From an uncultured Trueperaceae bacterium (GTDB lineage Bacteria > Deinococcota > Deinococci > Deinococcales > Trueperaceae), in assembly GCA_963799485.1 (NCBI GenBank), contig CAWCXJ010000006.1, positions 416,001 through 480,000 of the forward strand: a stretch of 64,000 bases of DNA, written 5' to 3'. The position numbers and the translations under genes are program-made. Of this stretch, positions 9,804-19,962 are shown one piece after another; within the stretch, counting starts at the first letter, position 1; each line of letters opens with the position of its first letter. The notes beneath the pieces are model-generated. The model was not told where the DNA came from. It made no database searches and saw only the letters and a program-made list of their open reading frames with translations.

Positions 9804-9857
9804 AGCGTAGCGAAGCTTTGTTACGTAGCGATAAAAGTTTTGTAAATTTTTTGTAAA
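9804..9857 (-). promoter_or_regulatory. Promoter with 11-bp-period direct repeats (probable OmpR-family site) and -10 TACGCT
   Basis: TTTACAAAAAA TTTACAAAACT TTTATCGCTAC GTAACAAAGCT on the minus strand. Confidence 0.6.
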
Positions 9858-9860
9858 GTT

Positions 9861-10979
9861 TCACTTTACCCGCAGCAAGGTAAACCAGAAACGACTGCCC
9901 TCGCCCAACCGGCTTGTTGCCCCGATGGTTCCGCCCTGGGCTTCGGCGTAGTGCTTGGCGATGGTAAGTCCCACGCCACTTCCGCTCCCTTCTTGAGAGA
10001 ACCGCGACGGGTCGCCACGAAAAAAGCGGGTAAAGATGTAAGGGAGCAGGGCTTCGGAAATCCCCTCGCCGTTATCGTGGACGTTCATGGTGACCCGGTC
10101 GGGGTCGCTTGCATCGGCCCAGATCGTCACCTCGCCGCCGGTTGAGGTGTGCCTGAGGGCGTTCGTAAGCAGGTTGGCCAGAATTTGCGCGGTGCGCTGG
10201 GGGTCGACGTTTACCATGAGGTCGGGGGGTATCGGGAGACAATGTAGACGTACGCCTTTAGCGGTAAAAAGAGGCCTCAGCGCTGCGAGGGTTTGCTTGC
10301 AGACACGCTCCAGACTGATCTGCTCGAGCCTGATCGCACTTTGCTTTTCAGCCCGGTCAACTTCGGCAAGGTCGCTGACCAACCGCTCGAGGCGCGCGAC
10401 CTCCCTTAAACTCACCGCGATCGTTTCGTCTTCAAGGGTAAAAAGGCCGTCTTGAAGCCCCTCGAGGTTGCCCCGTAAACTGCTTAGCGGGGTGCGAAAC
10501 TCGTGTACCACGTTGCCGAGGACTTCGGTACGCTGAGCCTCAGCTTGGTTTAACGCCGTAACCATAGCGTAAAAAGAACGGGTCAAGTCGCCGATTTCCC
10601 CCGGAGCGGAGACTTGACCTACCTCGTATTGCCCCGACGCAACCCGGCGACTTGCGCTTTGCAAACGCCGCAGGGGTGAGACGATCTGTCTGGTGATAAA
10701 GAGACCGACGCCGCCGGCTACAAAGGTCGCTGCGAGCGCGCCCCAAAGCAGTGACTGGCTAAAGGTGCGGCGGTACGCCTCGCGGAGGTTCGCCAGCATC
10801 GGGTCGGTTCCCTGAGGCAGATTATGAAGTGTAAAGCCCATACTCGCGAGGTGCCGCTCAGCTAAAAAACGACCGAAGATTTCGCTCGTCCCCAGCAGTG
10901 TAGCGCTACCTACCAAAATGACCAGCACATAAGAGACGAACAGCCGCCAATACAAACGGGAGCTTTGCCGGGTCTTCAA
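9861..10979 (-). CDS. Sensor histidine kinase (HAMP, BaeS-like)
   Basis: HEFRTPL, NLLTNA, DNGEG, GSGVGL boxes; two TMs. Confidence 0.95.
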   Translation of the reverse strand: MKTRQSSRLYWRLFVSYVLVILVGSATLLGTSEIFGRFLAERHLASMGFTLHNLPQGTDPMLANLREAYRRTFSQSLLWGALAATFVAGGVGLFITRQIVSPLRRLQSASRRVASGQYEVGQVSAPGEIGDLTRSFYAMVTALNQAEAQRTEVLGNVVHEFRTPLSSLRGNLEGLQDGLFTLEDETIAVSLREVARLERLVSDLAEVDRAEKQSAIRLEQISLERVCKQTLAALRPLFTAKGVRLHCLPIPPDLMVNVDPQRTAQILANLLTNALRHTSTGGEVTIWADASDPDRVTMNVHDNGEGISEALLPYIFTRFFRGDPSRFSQEGSGSGVGLTIAKHYAEAQGGTIGATSRLGEGSRFWFTLLRVK

Positions 10980-11668
10980 GCGCCCTCCTCGGCGAGCTTG
11001 TAGCCGACGCCGCGAACGGTAAGCACCCGCGTCGGTGTGTCGGGGTCGGCCTCCAACCTGCGCCGCAGATGAGAGATGTGCACGTCCACCACCCGGTCTA
11101 CGCCGGTAAAATCAGGACCCCAGACCCGGTTTAAGAGTTCATCGCGGCTGAACACGCGGCCCGGTTGGCGCATCAAGGTGTAGAGCAGTTTGAACTCGAG
11201 GACGGTCAGCGCGAGCGGCGTACCCGCACGGGTGACTGTTCGCTTACCAAAATCGAGCTGCAAAGAGCCTGCGGTGAGTACCGCGTCGTCGCCTTCGTCC
11301 GGCAATTCGGTGCGGCGCAGCACCGCTTTGACCCGCGCCACGAGTTCGCGTGGGCTAAAAGGTTTGGTCACGTAATCGTCTGCGCCTAGCTCGAGACCCA
11401 AGATGCGGTCGTTTTCTTCCGTGCGTGCAGTAAGCATGATAACGGGGGTGCGCTGCTCTTGGCGCAGCCGCCGCATAAACTCGAGGCCGTCTAAACCCGG
11501 TAACATCCAGTCGAGTACGATAAGTGCCGGTGGTTCGGTAAGCGTACGCTTTAGAGCAAACAGACCGTCGGCTGCTACTGCGACGTCGAAACCTTCCCGT
11601 TCCAGATACGCTTTTAGCGCGCGGACGATACCGGGGTCATCTTCGACGACCAGGATTTGGCCTTTCAT
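10976..11668 (-). CDS. OmpR-family response regulator
   Basis: EDD, LDWMLP, GADDYVTKPF, RVVDVHI, TVRGVGY. Confidence 0.97.
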   Translation of the reverse strand: MKGQILVVEDDPGIVRALKAYLEREGFDVAVAADGLFALKRTLTEPPALIVLDWMLPGLDGLEFMRRLRQEQRTPVIMLTARTEENDRILGLELGADDYVTKPFSPRELVARVKAVLRRTELPDEGDDAVLTAGSLQLDFGKRTVTRAGTPLALTVLEFKLLYTLMRQPGRVFSRDELLNRVWGPDFTGVDRVVDVHISHLRRRLEADPDTPTRVLTVRGVGYKLAEEGA

Positions 11669-11770
11669 TGGTACCTCACCTGTTGTGTGTGAATTTGGCG
11701 CATCTAGTGTTCAATATAGAAGAGAACGCCCCGCGCGAAGGCGTCTAAAACAGCATTTTCGGAAAGACAA

Positions 11771-11835
11771 TGGTTTTACTTGATGGTTTTGCCCGGTGGT
11801 TTTGCCCAGTGTTTTTACTCGATGTTTTTACTTGG
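11771..11835. repeat. 13-bp tandem repeat x5
   Basis: TGGTTTTACTTGA TGGTTTTGCCCGG TGGTTTTGCCCAG TGTTTTTACTCGA TGTTTTTACTTGG. Confidence 0.85.
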
Positions 11836-13150
11836 TGGTCACCAGCCGGTAGACTTTTCCGGTGTTACCCTTCGGCCCTTCCGTCTCTTTGGTCAGCACA
11901 TACGGCTCATCGCTGGCGTTTTGACCAAAAGCGAGCAGACGACCCGGCAACAGTCCGCCTTCTTCACCGCCGACTACCTGAAGCTGCCTGAAAGACCACA
12001 TACCCGTTTCGGAGGGCGTCGCACTCAGCAGCACGCCGTGGTGATTTTCTGCGGACCCGGCGTGGTTGCCGAAAAGATATTGACCTTCGTAGATAAGTGT
12101 TGCCACGGTAGATACAGCCGCCGATAATGGCGATGCCTACGTCGTGGCTTTGCTCGAGCACCGGGTCGATCAAGGGTGTACCGTCCGGTGTGCTGTCCGG
12201 ACAATTTTCCGGCGGTTGTTCAGGCGTTTGTGTCGAAAAGCAGTGCGCTCCCTCTTTAACGTGCCAGCTGTAGTTGCCCCCTTTTTGGACGATGTTGACC
12301 TCTTCAAAAAGCTCTTGCCGCAAGTCGGCGGTGTAGAGTGTTCCGTCTTGGTCGAATGAGAGAGCCCATGGGTTGCGAAGGCCGTAAGCCCACACTTCTT
12401 CAGCGCCGTTTTGTCCGACAAAGGGATTGGCCTGGGGAATAGCTGTAAGCTTTGCCCCCTTGCCGGGCATCGACGTCAATACGCAAGAGCGTACCTAACA
12501 GGTTCGTAGCGAGGCCTTGAGCGTTTCCGCCGTCGCTGACCTCGTACCAGTTGTCGATGTGGCCCACGTCCTCGTCGTTTGCGCCGCCGTCGCCTAAAGA
12601 AATATAGCGATAATCGTCCGGTCCAAAAGCAATCTGCCCGCCGCTGTGGTTGAGTTGCAGCTCATCGACGCGGAGCAAGACCCGCTCTGAATCTGGGTCT
12701 GCGCGGTTGGGTTCGTCTGAGACGCTAAACTCCGAGACGTGGCTCGTACTGCTCCAATCCGAGAGTGCGCTTTTCACGTAGGGGTGCGCTGTAATAGACG
12801 TAGAAACGCCCGTTTTGCGCGTAATCGGGGTGAAACGCCAGTCCCAGAAAGCCGCGTTCGTCGTAACTTTCGTTTGGGTCGACCAGCGCATCACGAAGGT
12901 CGAGAAAAGGCTGTGTGATGAGTTGACCGTTCGCGTCTATAATCTTGATAACGCCGATTTGGTCGACCACGAGAAGCCGCCCGCTGTCGTCCGGAGACGG
13001 TACAAGCACCGTCGGCGCGGTAAAGCCCTCGGCGACTAGCTCGAGCCCTATTTGCGGTGTCTGGGCGAAGCCGGTGTTTGCCGTTATAAGAATAGCTGCG
13101 AGCACGCCGGTTCCAAGTAAACGAGACGGAAGAAAAGGGGGCTTGACAGC
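11828..13150 (-). pseudogene. Frameshifted PQQ-dependent sugar dehydrogenase family gene
   Basis: Motifs ERGFLGLAFHP, NHSGGQIAFGPD, AYGLRNPW and AFGQ..DEPYVL are spread over four ORFs (12725..13327, 12400..12894, 11964..12479, 11828..12106). Confidence 0.85.
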
Positions 13151-13190
13151 GGGTTGTCCTTTCAGTTTTGCGCGCACAAAGTTGCAAAAC

Positions 13191-13222
13191 CGCCGGGCTT
13201 TACGGCTGGGTAAAGCCCGGCG
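13191..13222. repeat. Perfect 13-bp inverted repeat (hairpin downstream of the csp gene)
   Basis: CGCCGGGCTTTAC-GGCTGG-GTAAAGCCCGGCG. Confidence 0.7.
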
Positions 13223-13403
13223 ACATACAAATATGCTTGATTCAGATGTAGTTGGTTCAGGTGTGGCTAGTTCAAATCGGCAAGCCGGCGAATAGACCCT
13301 CGGGTGTGTGAGAACTCGATCCCTCACCAGACAACCGGGATACCGACGCTGCTGTCGGCACCTCGGTTGTAATCGCTTTAGACAACGGTTTTAGACAGTA
13401 GCT

Positions 13404-13814
13404 TCAGACCTTCGGCCCAAGCTGTTGCAAAAGTGCGTTACACGCTTCTTCGCAGCTCCGGCAGCTTTCCATACACACCTGACAGTGCGCGTGCATGTCT
13501 TTATGCTTTTCGCACTCGCTGCCGCACAGCTTGCACGCCGTCATGCACGCCTCCAACTGTGCGCGCAAAAGCGTCATCTCGGGTTCGGTCTGGCGCGACA
13601 GGACTCGCGCGGTAGTGTCACAGATATCGGCGCAGTCGAGGTTCTGCCGAATGCAGTAGCGTAAGTCGGCCACCATCTCTTCGGACAAACAAGCGTCGGC
13701 GCACGACGTGCAGATTTGCGCGCACTCGAACGCCGAGTCGATAACTTTTGTCAAGGCGCTGATATCTACGTTCATGGGTTTCGGGTGTTCCCCCAACATA
13801 CGCTGTGTGTTCAT
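13404..13814 (-). CDS. Four-helix-bundle copper storage protein (Csp3/DUF326-like)
   Basis: 16 Cys in CxxxC/CxxC arrays; HAHC; no Tat signal; GGAGG RBS. Confidence 0.92.
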   Translation of the reverse strand: MNTQRMLGEHPKPMNVDISALTKVIDSAFECAQICTSCADACLSEEMVADLRYCIRQNLDCADICDTTARVLSRQTEPEMTLLRAQLEACMTACKLCGSECEKHKDMHAHCQVCMESCRSCEEACNALLQQLGPKV

Positions 13815-13962
13815 TTTTTTCCTCCAAAACGGTATCGTACCAACCAAAATTTTGACGTGTCTGCCGCTACTCCGCTGCCCCTTTCTTAAGTATTAGTAGA
13901 CCTTAACAAGAAAACGCAAAACCTTTATAAAGCACGGCTACTGTATTTTGGTAAAGGCGCTC

Positions 13963-15390
13963 TTACCCGCCGAAGACCCGCCCCAGATACTGTGTCACTG
14001 AAAGGGCAGTGCTCGGCAGTACCCCGAACAAGAGTGTGCCGAAGACGCTGATACCGAGCGCCAAAAGATACCCCGGCCAATTGGGAACACGACTCTCGGT
14101 CTCCGGAGCCCGCAGGTACATTTCCACGATGGGCAGCAGATAGTAGTACAAGGCCACGGCAAAGTTCACAATGGCAATGACGGCAAGCCAGGTCAGCCCG
14201 CCTGAAAGCGTAACGTCTAACAGCAAAACCTTTCCTGCAAACCCGGCGAGTGGCGGGATACCGGCGAGCGACAACAGCGACAGGGTAAGGCCCACAGCTG
14301 CCAGGGGTGAACGTTGGCCCAAACCCCGTAGACCCCGCATCTCGTCACTGCCGGTGAGGCGCTCCAACTGCGCTGCAACGACAAATGCGCCCAGGTTCAT
14401 CAGCAGATACGCGAGCAGGTAGTAGCCAGCGGCGCTCAGAGCTGAAGGTACACGCTCAGCAACAGCGACGACCATTAGTACGTAGCCTGCTTGAGCGATG
14501 CTCGAGTAGGCCAACAGCCGTTTAAGCCGCGTTTGCCGCAACGCGATAAAGTTACCGAGGGTCATCGTCAGCGCAGCCAAGACAGCCACGGCAAGGGGCC
14601 AAGCGGCGAGCCCGCCCGGTAGCGCCACGAGGAGAAAGCGCAGCAGCGCTGCAAACCCCGCCAGCTTAGGGACGACCGTCAAAAACCCGGTGACGGGCGC
14701 AGACGCCCCGGTATACACGTCGGGCGCCCAGAAATGAAACGGCACCGCGGTAATTTCAAAGGCGTAACCGATTAGCACCAGACCGAAAGCGAGCGCCACC
14801 CAGACCCTATCCGCGCCTGCCAAACCTGCGCCAATCGCGGGCAGCGACAAGTTCCCGGTGAGGCCGTAAAGAAACGAAAGCCCGTAAGCCATGACCGCCA
14901 GGGCCACCGCGCCGTAGATAAAGTATTTAAGCGCTGCCTCGTTCGCCTCCCTGTTGGTTCGGACCAGCGCCACCAAGATGTACGAGGCCATGCTGAGCAG
15001 CTGCAAAAAGAGCACGATAAAGCCCAGATCGAGGCTGCTCGCCGCCAGCACTCCGCCGAGCGTCGAAAAGAGCAGCGCGACCGCCGCGTGCCCCTCTTTG
15101 CCCGTCCCGCGAAAATGTGACCCGATAGTAAAAATTGACAAGAGTGCGCCGAGCAGAATCAGGAGCTTAAAGACCGTACCGAAACCGTCTACCGCGTAGA
15201 CACCGCAAAAGACGGCCTGGTCTTGCCAAGAAAGCATCCGCACGCTAAAAACAGCTGCGGCGATAAGGCCGCAAACCGCCAAAAATACGACGACGTTTTG
15301 ACCCCGCCCTTTGCTCAGACCGGCAACCGGAACCAGCGCAAGCGCAAATCCTGCAAGAATCATCTCGGGCACAATCGCCCAGAGGTCCAT
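13963..15390 (-). CDS. nuoN: NuoN-like antiporter subunit
   Basis: EAALKYF, PFHFWAPDVY, KRLLAYSS, GIPPLAGFAGK. Confidence 0.92.
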   Translation of the reverse strand: MDLWAIVPEMILAGFALALVPVAGLSKGRGQNVVVFLAVCGLIAAAVFSVRMLSWQDQAVFCGVYAVDGFGTVFKLLILLGALLSIFTIGSHFRGTGKEGHAAVALLFSTLGGVLAASSLDLGFIVLFLQLLSMASYILVALVRTNREANEAALKYFIYGAVALAVMAYGLSFLYGLTGNLSLPAIGAGLAGADRVWVALAFGLVLIGYAFEITAVPFHFWAPDVYTGASAPVTGFLTVVPKLAGFAALLRFLLVALPGGLAAWPLAVAVLAALTMTLGNFIALRQTRLKRLLAYSSIAQAGYVLMVVAVAERVPSALSAAGYYLLAYLLMNLGAFVVAAQLERLTGSDEMRGLRGLGQRSPLAAVGLTLSLLSLAGIPPLAGFAGKVLLLDVTLSGGLTWLAVIAIVNFAVALYYYLLPIVEMYLRAPETESRVPNWPGYLLALGISVFGTLLFGVLPSTALSVTQYLGRVFGG

Positions 15391-15403
15391 GCACTCCACC
15401 GCG

Positions 15404-16885
15404 CTAACCGCCGCTTCCGATTCGGCTCAGCATGATGATCGTACCGTCCAACACCCGCAAGAACGGCCCCGGCAAAAGCCCAATCGCAAGTGACAGTGCA
15501 GCCAGCGGGATGACGGCTGTGGCCTCACGCGGATTCAAGTCGTGCACCTCGGGCATGTTGTCGGGCGCTGTACCCATCAAGAGAGCGGTGAGAATCTTTA
15601 GGTAAAGACCCGTCGAGATAATCAGTCCCAAAACGGCGACCAGTGCCAGCCAGATATTTACCGACAATGTTGCGCCGATCACCTGAAACTCGGCGACAAA
15701 GCCTGACAGCCCCGGTAAGCCCAACGACCCGAACGCCAGCAAACCCAGAAGACCGCTGTAAGCCGGTATTTTGCCGAGCAAACCGCCGAACCGTGCCAGC
15801 TCCCGTGTCCCTGCCTGATGCTGCAAAATCCCGGCCAAAAAGAACATCCCACCCGTCAAGAGGCCGTGGCTGATGGTTTGCAAGACCGCGCCGCTGAGGG
15901 CGAGCTGCCGCACGCCGGGGTCGCTTGAAAGTCCCCATACCGCCACGCCCAACAGCACAAACCCCATGTGGTTGACCGAGGTGTAGGCGATAAGGCGTTT
16001 GAGGTCGCTCTGCGCGAGCGCCGCCAGCGCCCCGTAAACGAGCGACACGAGTGCCAGCAGCATCAGTAACCAGGCGTACTGCCGCACCGTATCGGGCATG
16101 GTCGGGAGCATAATGGCTAAAAAGCCGTACGCCCCCATCTTGAGCTGAATCCCGGCGAGCATCACGCTGCCTTCGGTCGGCGCTTCGACGTGGGCGTCGG
16201 GCAGCCAGTTGTGGAGCGGCACGGTCGGCAGTTTGACGCCGAAACCGAGCAGTAAGCCCAAAAAGACCCAGAACCCGGTTGCTGAACCCGCGAAAGGCTG
16301 CGCCGCGCTGATGTCGGCGAGCGAAAAACTGCGCCCGCTCGCCAGGTAGAGCGCCAAAAAACTGAGCAGCATCGCCAAACTGCCGACGCGAGTATAGAGA
16401 AAGAACTTCAAGGCTGCGTAACGGCGGTTTTCGCCGCCCCAAATCCCGACGATAAAATACATCGGGACGAGGCCGATTTCGAAAAATAGGTAAAAAAGCA
16501 GCAGGTCGCGAGCCGCAAACAGTCCCAAGAGCCCGGTGCCCATCAGCAAAAACAAAAACGCATGTTCTTTAGCCCGGTCGCGCTCGGGCAGCACGTAAAC
16601 CATCGTCAGGGTCATCAGTAGCGCAGTTAAGACAATCAGCGGGAGTGAAAGTCCGGTGACGGCGACGTCATAGCTCGCACCCAAACTTGGAATCCACGGC
16701 GTAGTGGCGCGCCACTGAAGCTGCGGGCCGGCGGGATTGTAACCTATCCACAAAACGAGCGTCAAAAGCAGTGTCAGCAGCGACCCGGCGAGAGCCGTCC
16801 AGCGCATGGCGCGCGCTTTCTCTCGGGGTAGTGCGAGGACGACGAGCCCCGTTAGAAGCGGTAAAAAGATGGTGATACTCAGCAT
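15404..16885 (-). CDS. nuoM: NuoM-like antiporter subunit
   Basis: FFE, VKLPTVPLHNWLPDAHVEAPT, LKMGAYG, DLKRLIAY, GFVAEF. Confidence 0.95.
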   Translation of the reverse strand: MLSITIFLPLLTGLVVLALPREKARAMRWTALAGSLLTLLLTLVLWIGYNPAGPQLQWRATTPWIPSLGASYDVAVTGLSLPLIVLTALLMTLTMVYVLPERDRAKEHAFLFLLMGTGLLGLFAARDLLLFYLFFEIGLVPMYFIVGIWGGENRRYAALKFFLYTRVGSLAMLLSFLALYLASGRSFSLADISAAQPFAGSATGFWVFLGLLLGFGVKLPTVPLHNWLPDAHVEAPTEGSVMLAGIQLKMGAYGFLAIMLPTMPDTVRQYAWLLMLLALVSLVYGALAALAQSDLKRLIAYTSVNHMGFVLLGVAVWGLSSDPGVRQLALSGAVLQTISHGLLTGGMFFLAGILQHQAGTRELARFGGLLGKIPAYSGLLGLLAFGSLGLPGLSGFVAEFQVIGATLSVNIWLALVAVLGLIISTGLYLKILTALLMGTAPDNMPEVHDLNPREATAVIPLAALSLAIGLLPGPFLRVLDGTIIMLSRIGSGG

Positions 16886-16919
16886 GATGCCCCCACTGAA
16901 CTTGCTTTACGTTGATTTG

Positions 16920-18773
16920 TTACCACCACAGCAACCCTCCGACCAGGGCAGCCGCAACCCAAACGAACAGAACAAGCGTATAAAGGTAAAGCTTGCCGCT
17001 CTCGGTTACGCGCAGCCGTTCGCCGGAACGGCCCAGCAGGCGGGCGAACGCGTTGCCACCACCTGAAAACCCTGCTTGTTCGGCCCGCTCGGTTCCGGCA
17101 GCGGTGCTTGTAGCAGCGGCGGCGAGGCCGCGAGCCCCGCTGTCAAAGCTGCGCTCGAGCCTGTTCACGCCTGCTGCAACTGCTTGCACTGCGGTGACCG
17201 GCGCAGCGGTCACGGTGTCGAGGCCACGCCCTAGGCCTGTCGAAAACGCTCCAAAGGCAGGTACAGGGCCGTGCTGCAGCGTTCGCCAGCTCCCGAACAC
17301 AAGCCCTGAAACGCTCGCCGCTACTGCCCAGAAGCTCCAGACGGCACGAACCTCCAGCGCTTCGGCAAAGTTCAACGAGGACTCGAGGGGCCCCACTAAC
17401 AACCAGCCTGCGACAAGTGCAAGCACCGCCAAAAGAACCATCGGCAAGGCCATCCACACGCCCGGTCTTTTACCGGTCGGTTTCGGCGCATCCGGCCAGG
17501 AGAGAAAGGCCGCCACACCCGCCCGGCTGATATATACCCCCGCGAGAAAAATCACCAGCAGTAAAAATGCACCGGCAAACGGACTTACAAACACAGCCCT
17601 TGCCAGAATCGCCTCTTCGCTCCAAAAGGCGGAAAAAGGTGGAAGCCCTGCCAGTGTCAAGCCCGCCGCTGCAAACACCCCAGCCGTTAGGGGAAGTTGT
17701 CGCCAGAGTCCGCCCATCTTCCGCAGGTCGTAACCCCCGGCGACGTGCCCGACCGCGCCCGCCGTAAGAAATAGCGCCGCCTTGAAGAGCGCCTGCATAC
17801 TCAGGTGAAACGCAGCCGCAAAAGCGCCGCCCAGTCCCAGCGCGAAAAACATCTCACCGAGTTGTGAAACCGTAGACCACGCCAAAACCTGTTTCAGATC
17901 GGTCTGCACCGTAGCGACGAGGGCGGCAAAAAGTGCCGTTAGTGCGCCCAGCCAGAACACCAGCGCAAGTACACCTGGGGCCGCCTCGTAGAGCGGAAAG
18001 AGCCGCAGGGGCAGATAAACACCTGCAGCTACCATCGTCGCGGAATGAATCAGCGCCGAGACGGGCGTCGGGCCGGCCATCGCGTCGGGTAGCCAAGCTG
18101 TTAGTGGGAGCTGGGCGCTTTTGCCGAGCGCCCCGAGGAGTAAGAGGAAAGCAGCGAGTGTCGCAGTGCCCAAAGGCAATTCGCCTATAGCGCCCAAAGT
18201 TGTCTGAATGTCGGTTGTCCCGACCGCTAAGAGCAGCAGCAGCCACCCGAGTAGCAGACCAAGGTCGCCTAAACGGGTCATCAGAAAGGCTTTGCGCGCC
18301 GCTTCTTTCGCGTCGATTTGGCTGTACCAGAACCCGATCAGCAAATACGATGCGAGCCCGACGCCTTCCCAGGCGGCAAACAAAAGTACCATAGAGTTGC
18401 TTAAGACAAGCGTCAGCATTGCGCCGATAAAAAACGACAGGGTGCTGTAAAAACGCGGTTTGCCCTGTTCATCAGCCATGTAACCGACTGCGTATATCCC
18501 GACGAGTAGCCCGACACCCGCCACCAACACTGCCAGCAGGTATGAAAGTGGGTCGAGGCTGAGACCCACCGTCAGGGTATAGGGGCCGATCACCAACCAC
18601 TGCGCCGTCACGCTGGGTTGCGACCCAAAGAGGATAAGCAAAAGCGTCAGCGAGACGCCGGTTGCACCCGCACTCAGCCAACCGCCGCCACTGGGTAACC
18701 GCTTTCTAAGAACAAAGATAACAAGCGCCATCAAAAGCGGTACGAGCGGTGTAGCGATAACGAGCGCCGTCAC
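16920..18773 (-). CDS. nuoL: NuoL-like antiporter subunit
   Basis: WEGVG, KSAQLP..WLPDAMAGPTPVSALIH, transverse helix and final TM. Confidence 0.95.
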   Translation of the reverse strand: MTALVIATPLVPLLMALVIFVLRKRLPSGGGWLSAGATGVSLTLLLILFGSQPSVTAQWLVIGPYTLTVGLSLDPLSYLLAVLVAGVGLLVGIYAVGYMADEQGKPRFYSTLSFFIGAMLTLVLSNSMVLLFAAWEGVGLASYLLIGFWYSQIDAKEAARKAFLMTRLGDLGLLLGWLLLLLAVGTTDIQTTLGAIGELPLGTATLAAFLLLLGALGKSAQLPLTAWLPDAMAGPTPVSALIHSATMVAAGVYLPLRLFPLYEAAPGVLALVFWLGALTALFAALVATVQTDLKQVLAWSTVSQLGEMFFALGLGGAFAAAFHLSMQALFKAALFLTAGAVGHVAGGYDLRKMGGLWRQLPLTAGVFAAAGLTLAGLPPFSAFWSEEAILARAVFVSPFAGAFLLLVIFLAGVYISRAGVAAFLSWPDAPKPTGKRPGVWMALPMVLLAVLALVAGWLLVGPLESSLNFAEALEVRAVWSFWAVAASVSGLVFGSWRTLQHGPVPAFGAFSTGLGRGLDTVTAAPVTAVQAVAAGVNRLERSFDSGARGLAAAATSTAAGTERAEQAGFSGGGNAFARLLGRSGERLRVTESGKLYLYTLVLFVWVAAALVGGLLWW

Positions 18774-19081
18774 CCGCGTAGCTCCGCGAAGTCGTCAACC
18801 TGCGCGGTCTGCCGGGTGCGGTAGAGCATCATCATGATGGCCAGCCCGATGGCCATTTCAACGGCTCCCAGGGTCACGATGATAATCAGAAAAATCTGCC
18901 CGGAATAGTCTACGGGTGCAACAAAACGCCAGAAAGCCACGATATTAAGCCCGACCGCGTTTAAGAGCACCTCGACGCCCATCAGGATCATGACTGCCGA
19001 ACGTTGCGCGATAACGGTGTAGATACCGATACCGAAGAGGATAGCAGCGACAATCAAAAAAGCTGTCAAGGGTAAAGTCAT
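18770..19081 (-). CDS. nuoK: NuoK-like subunit
   Basis: Three TMs; MGVEVLLN and AVEMAIGLA with both conserved Glu. Confidence 0.93.
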   Translation of the reverse strand: MTLPLTAFLIVAAILFGIGIYTVIAQRSAVMILMGVEVLLNAVGLNIVAFWRFVAPVDYSGQIFLIIIVTLGAVEMAIGLAIMMMLYRTRQTAQVDDFAELRG

Positions 19082-19962
19082 GCGTTGTCCTCCAACGGTT
19101 TCAAGGTGTCATCCTCGAGTTCAGACGGCATTTCGTCCTGCCCTACACGTACCTCGCGTCCTTTGTCCGACGGATGACGGTCGGGCCGGGCGATATACAC
19201 CGCGCCGAAAATACCCACTAAAATCAGGAAGCCCGCCCCCTCGAACGCCATCATGTACTTGCTCATCAGCAAGTCCCCGACCTGCTTCGCCGAATCGGGG
19301 TTGGGCAGCGCGTCCATAACGGGCCACGCCGGTCGCAGCAAAAGCAGCAACACGAGCAGCGCGCCCGTCGCTAAGCCGAGCCACACTGCGTAGGGGCGCA
19401 CCGGTGTGACCATTGACATATCCATGTCGCCCATATCCATGTCGCCGTGATTCATGCCCTCGTGGTTCATCTCGCCGTCATCACTATGATCTTCGTCCTC
19501 TTGAGGACCCTCATCGCCCGCACCTTGCTCACCGGATGACATGTCGTGATGCGCGTGCTGATGGTTTTGCTGCTCATCGTTAGCTTCGGCATTTTGACCT
19601 AGGTTCTCGACACGGGACGCTTTCACGTCATTTTCTTCTTTGGGTAGCAGACCTCGACTAAAAAAGTTTTCAACCGGGGCCATGTCCATCCCCGCCATCA
19701 TGCTGCCGCCGGGGTCGTGCATCAAGAGCACCATGAAAAGCACCATCACCAGCATCCCGCCGATATACATCATGATTTGCAGGAGCCCCAAGAGGTCGGC
19801 GGAGAGCAGGATAAAGAGCCCCGACACCCCGATAAACGACGCCATCAGGAAGATGCCGCTGCGAAACATGCTCATCGTTGTCGCCATGCCGAGCGCACCC
19901 AAAATGGCAATCAGCGACAGCAAGCCGAAGGCAAATATTTGGGCTACAGCTCCCAAAATCAT
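19078..19962 (-). CDS. nuoJ: NuoJ-like subunit with His/Met/acidic insertion
   Basis: QIMMYIGGM (TM3), VGDLLMSKYMMAFE; start by ATGA overlap with the nuoH stop. Confidence 0.88.
   Translation of the reverse strand: MILGAVAQIFAFGLLSLIAILGALGMATTMSMFRSGIFLMASFIGVSGLFILLSADLLGLLQIMMYIGGMLVMVLFMVLLMHDPGGSMMAGMDMAPVENFFSRGLLPKEENDVKASRVENLGQNAEANDEQQNHQHAHHDMSSGEQGAGDEGPQEDEDHSDDGEMNHEGMNHGDMDMGDMDMSMVTPVRPYAVWLGLATGALLVLLLLLRPAWPVMDALPNPDSAKQVGDLLMSKYMMAFEGAGFLILVGIFGAVYIARPDRHPSDKGREVRVGQDEMPSELEDDTLKPLEDNA

Noticed and set aside
13900..13960. Third copy of the island promoter motif before csp
   Set aside because: Only scattered TTTAC/TTTAT words without matching spacing.
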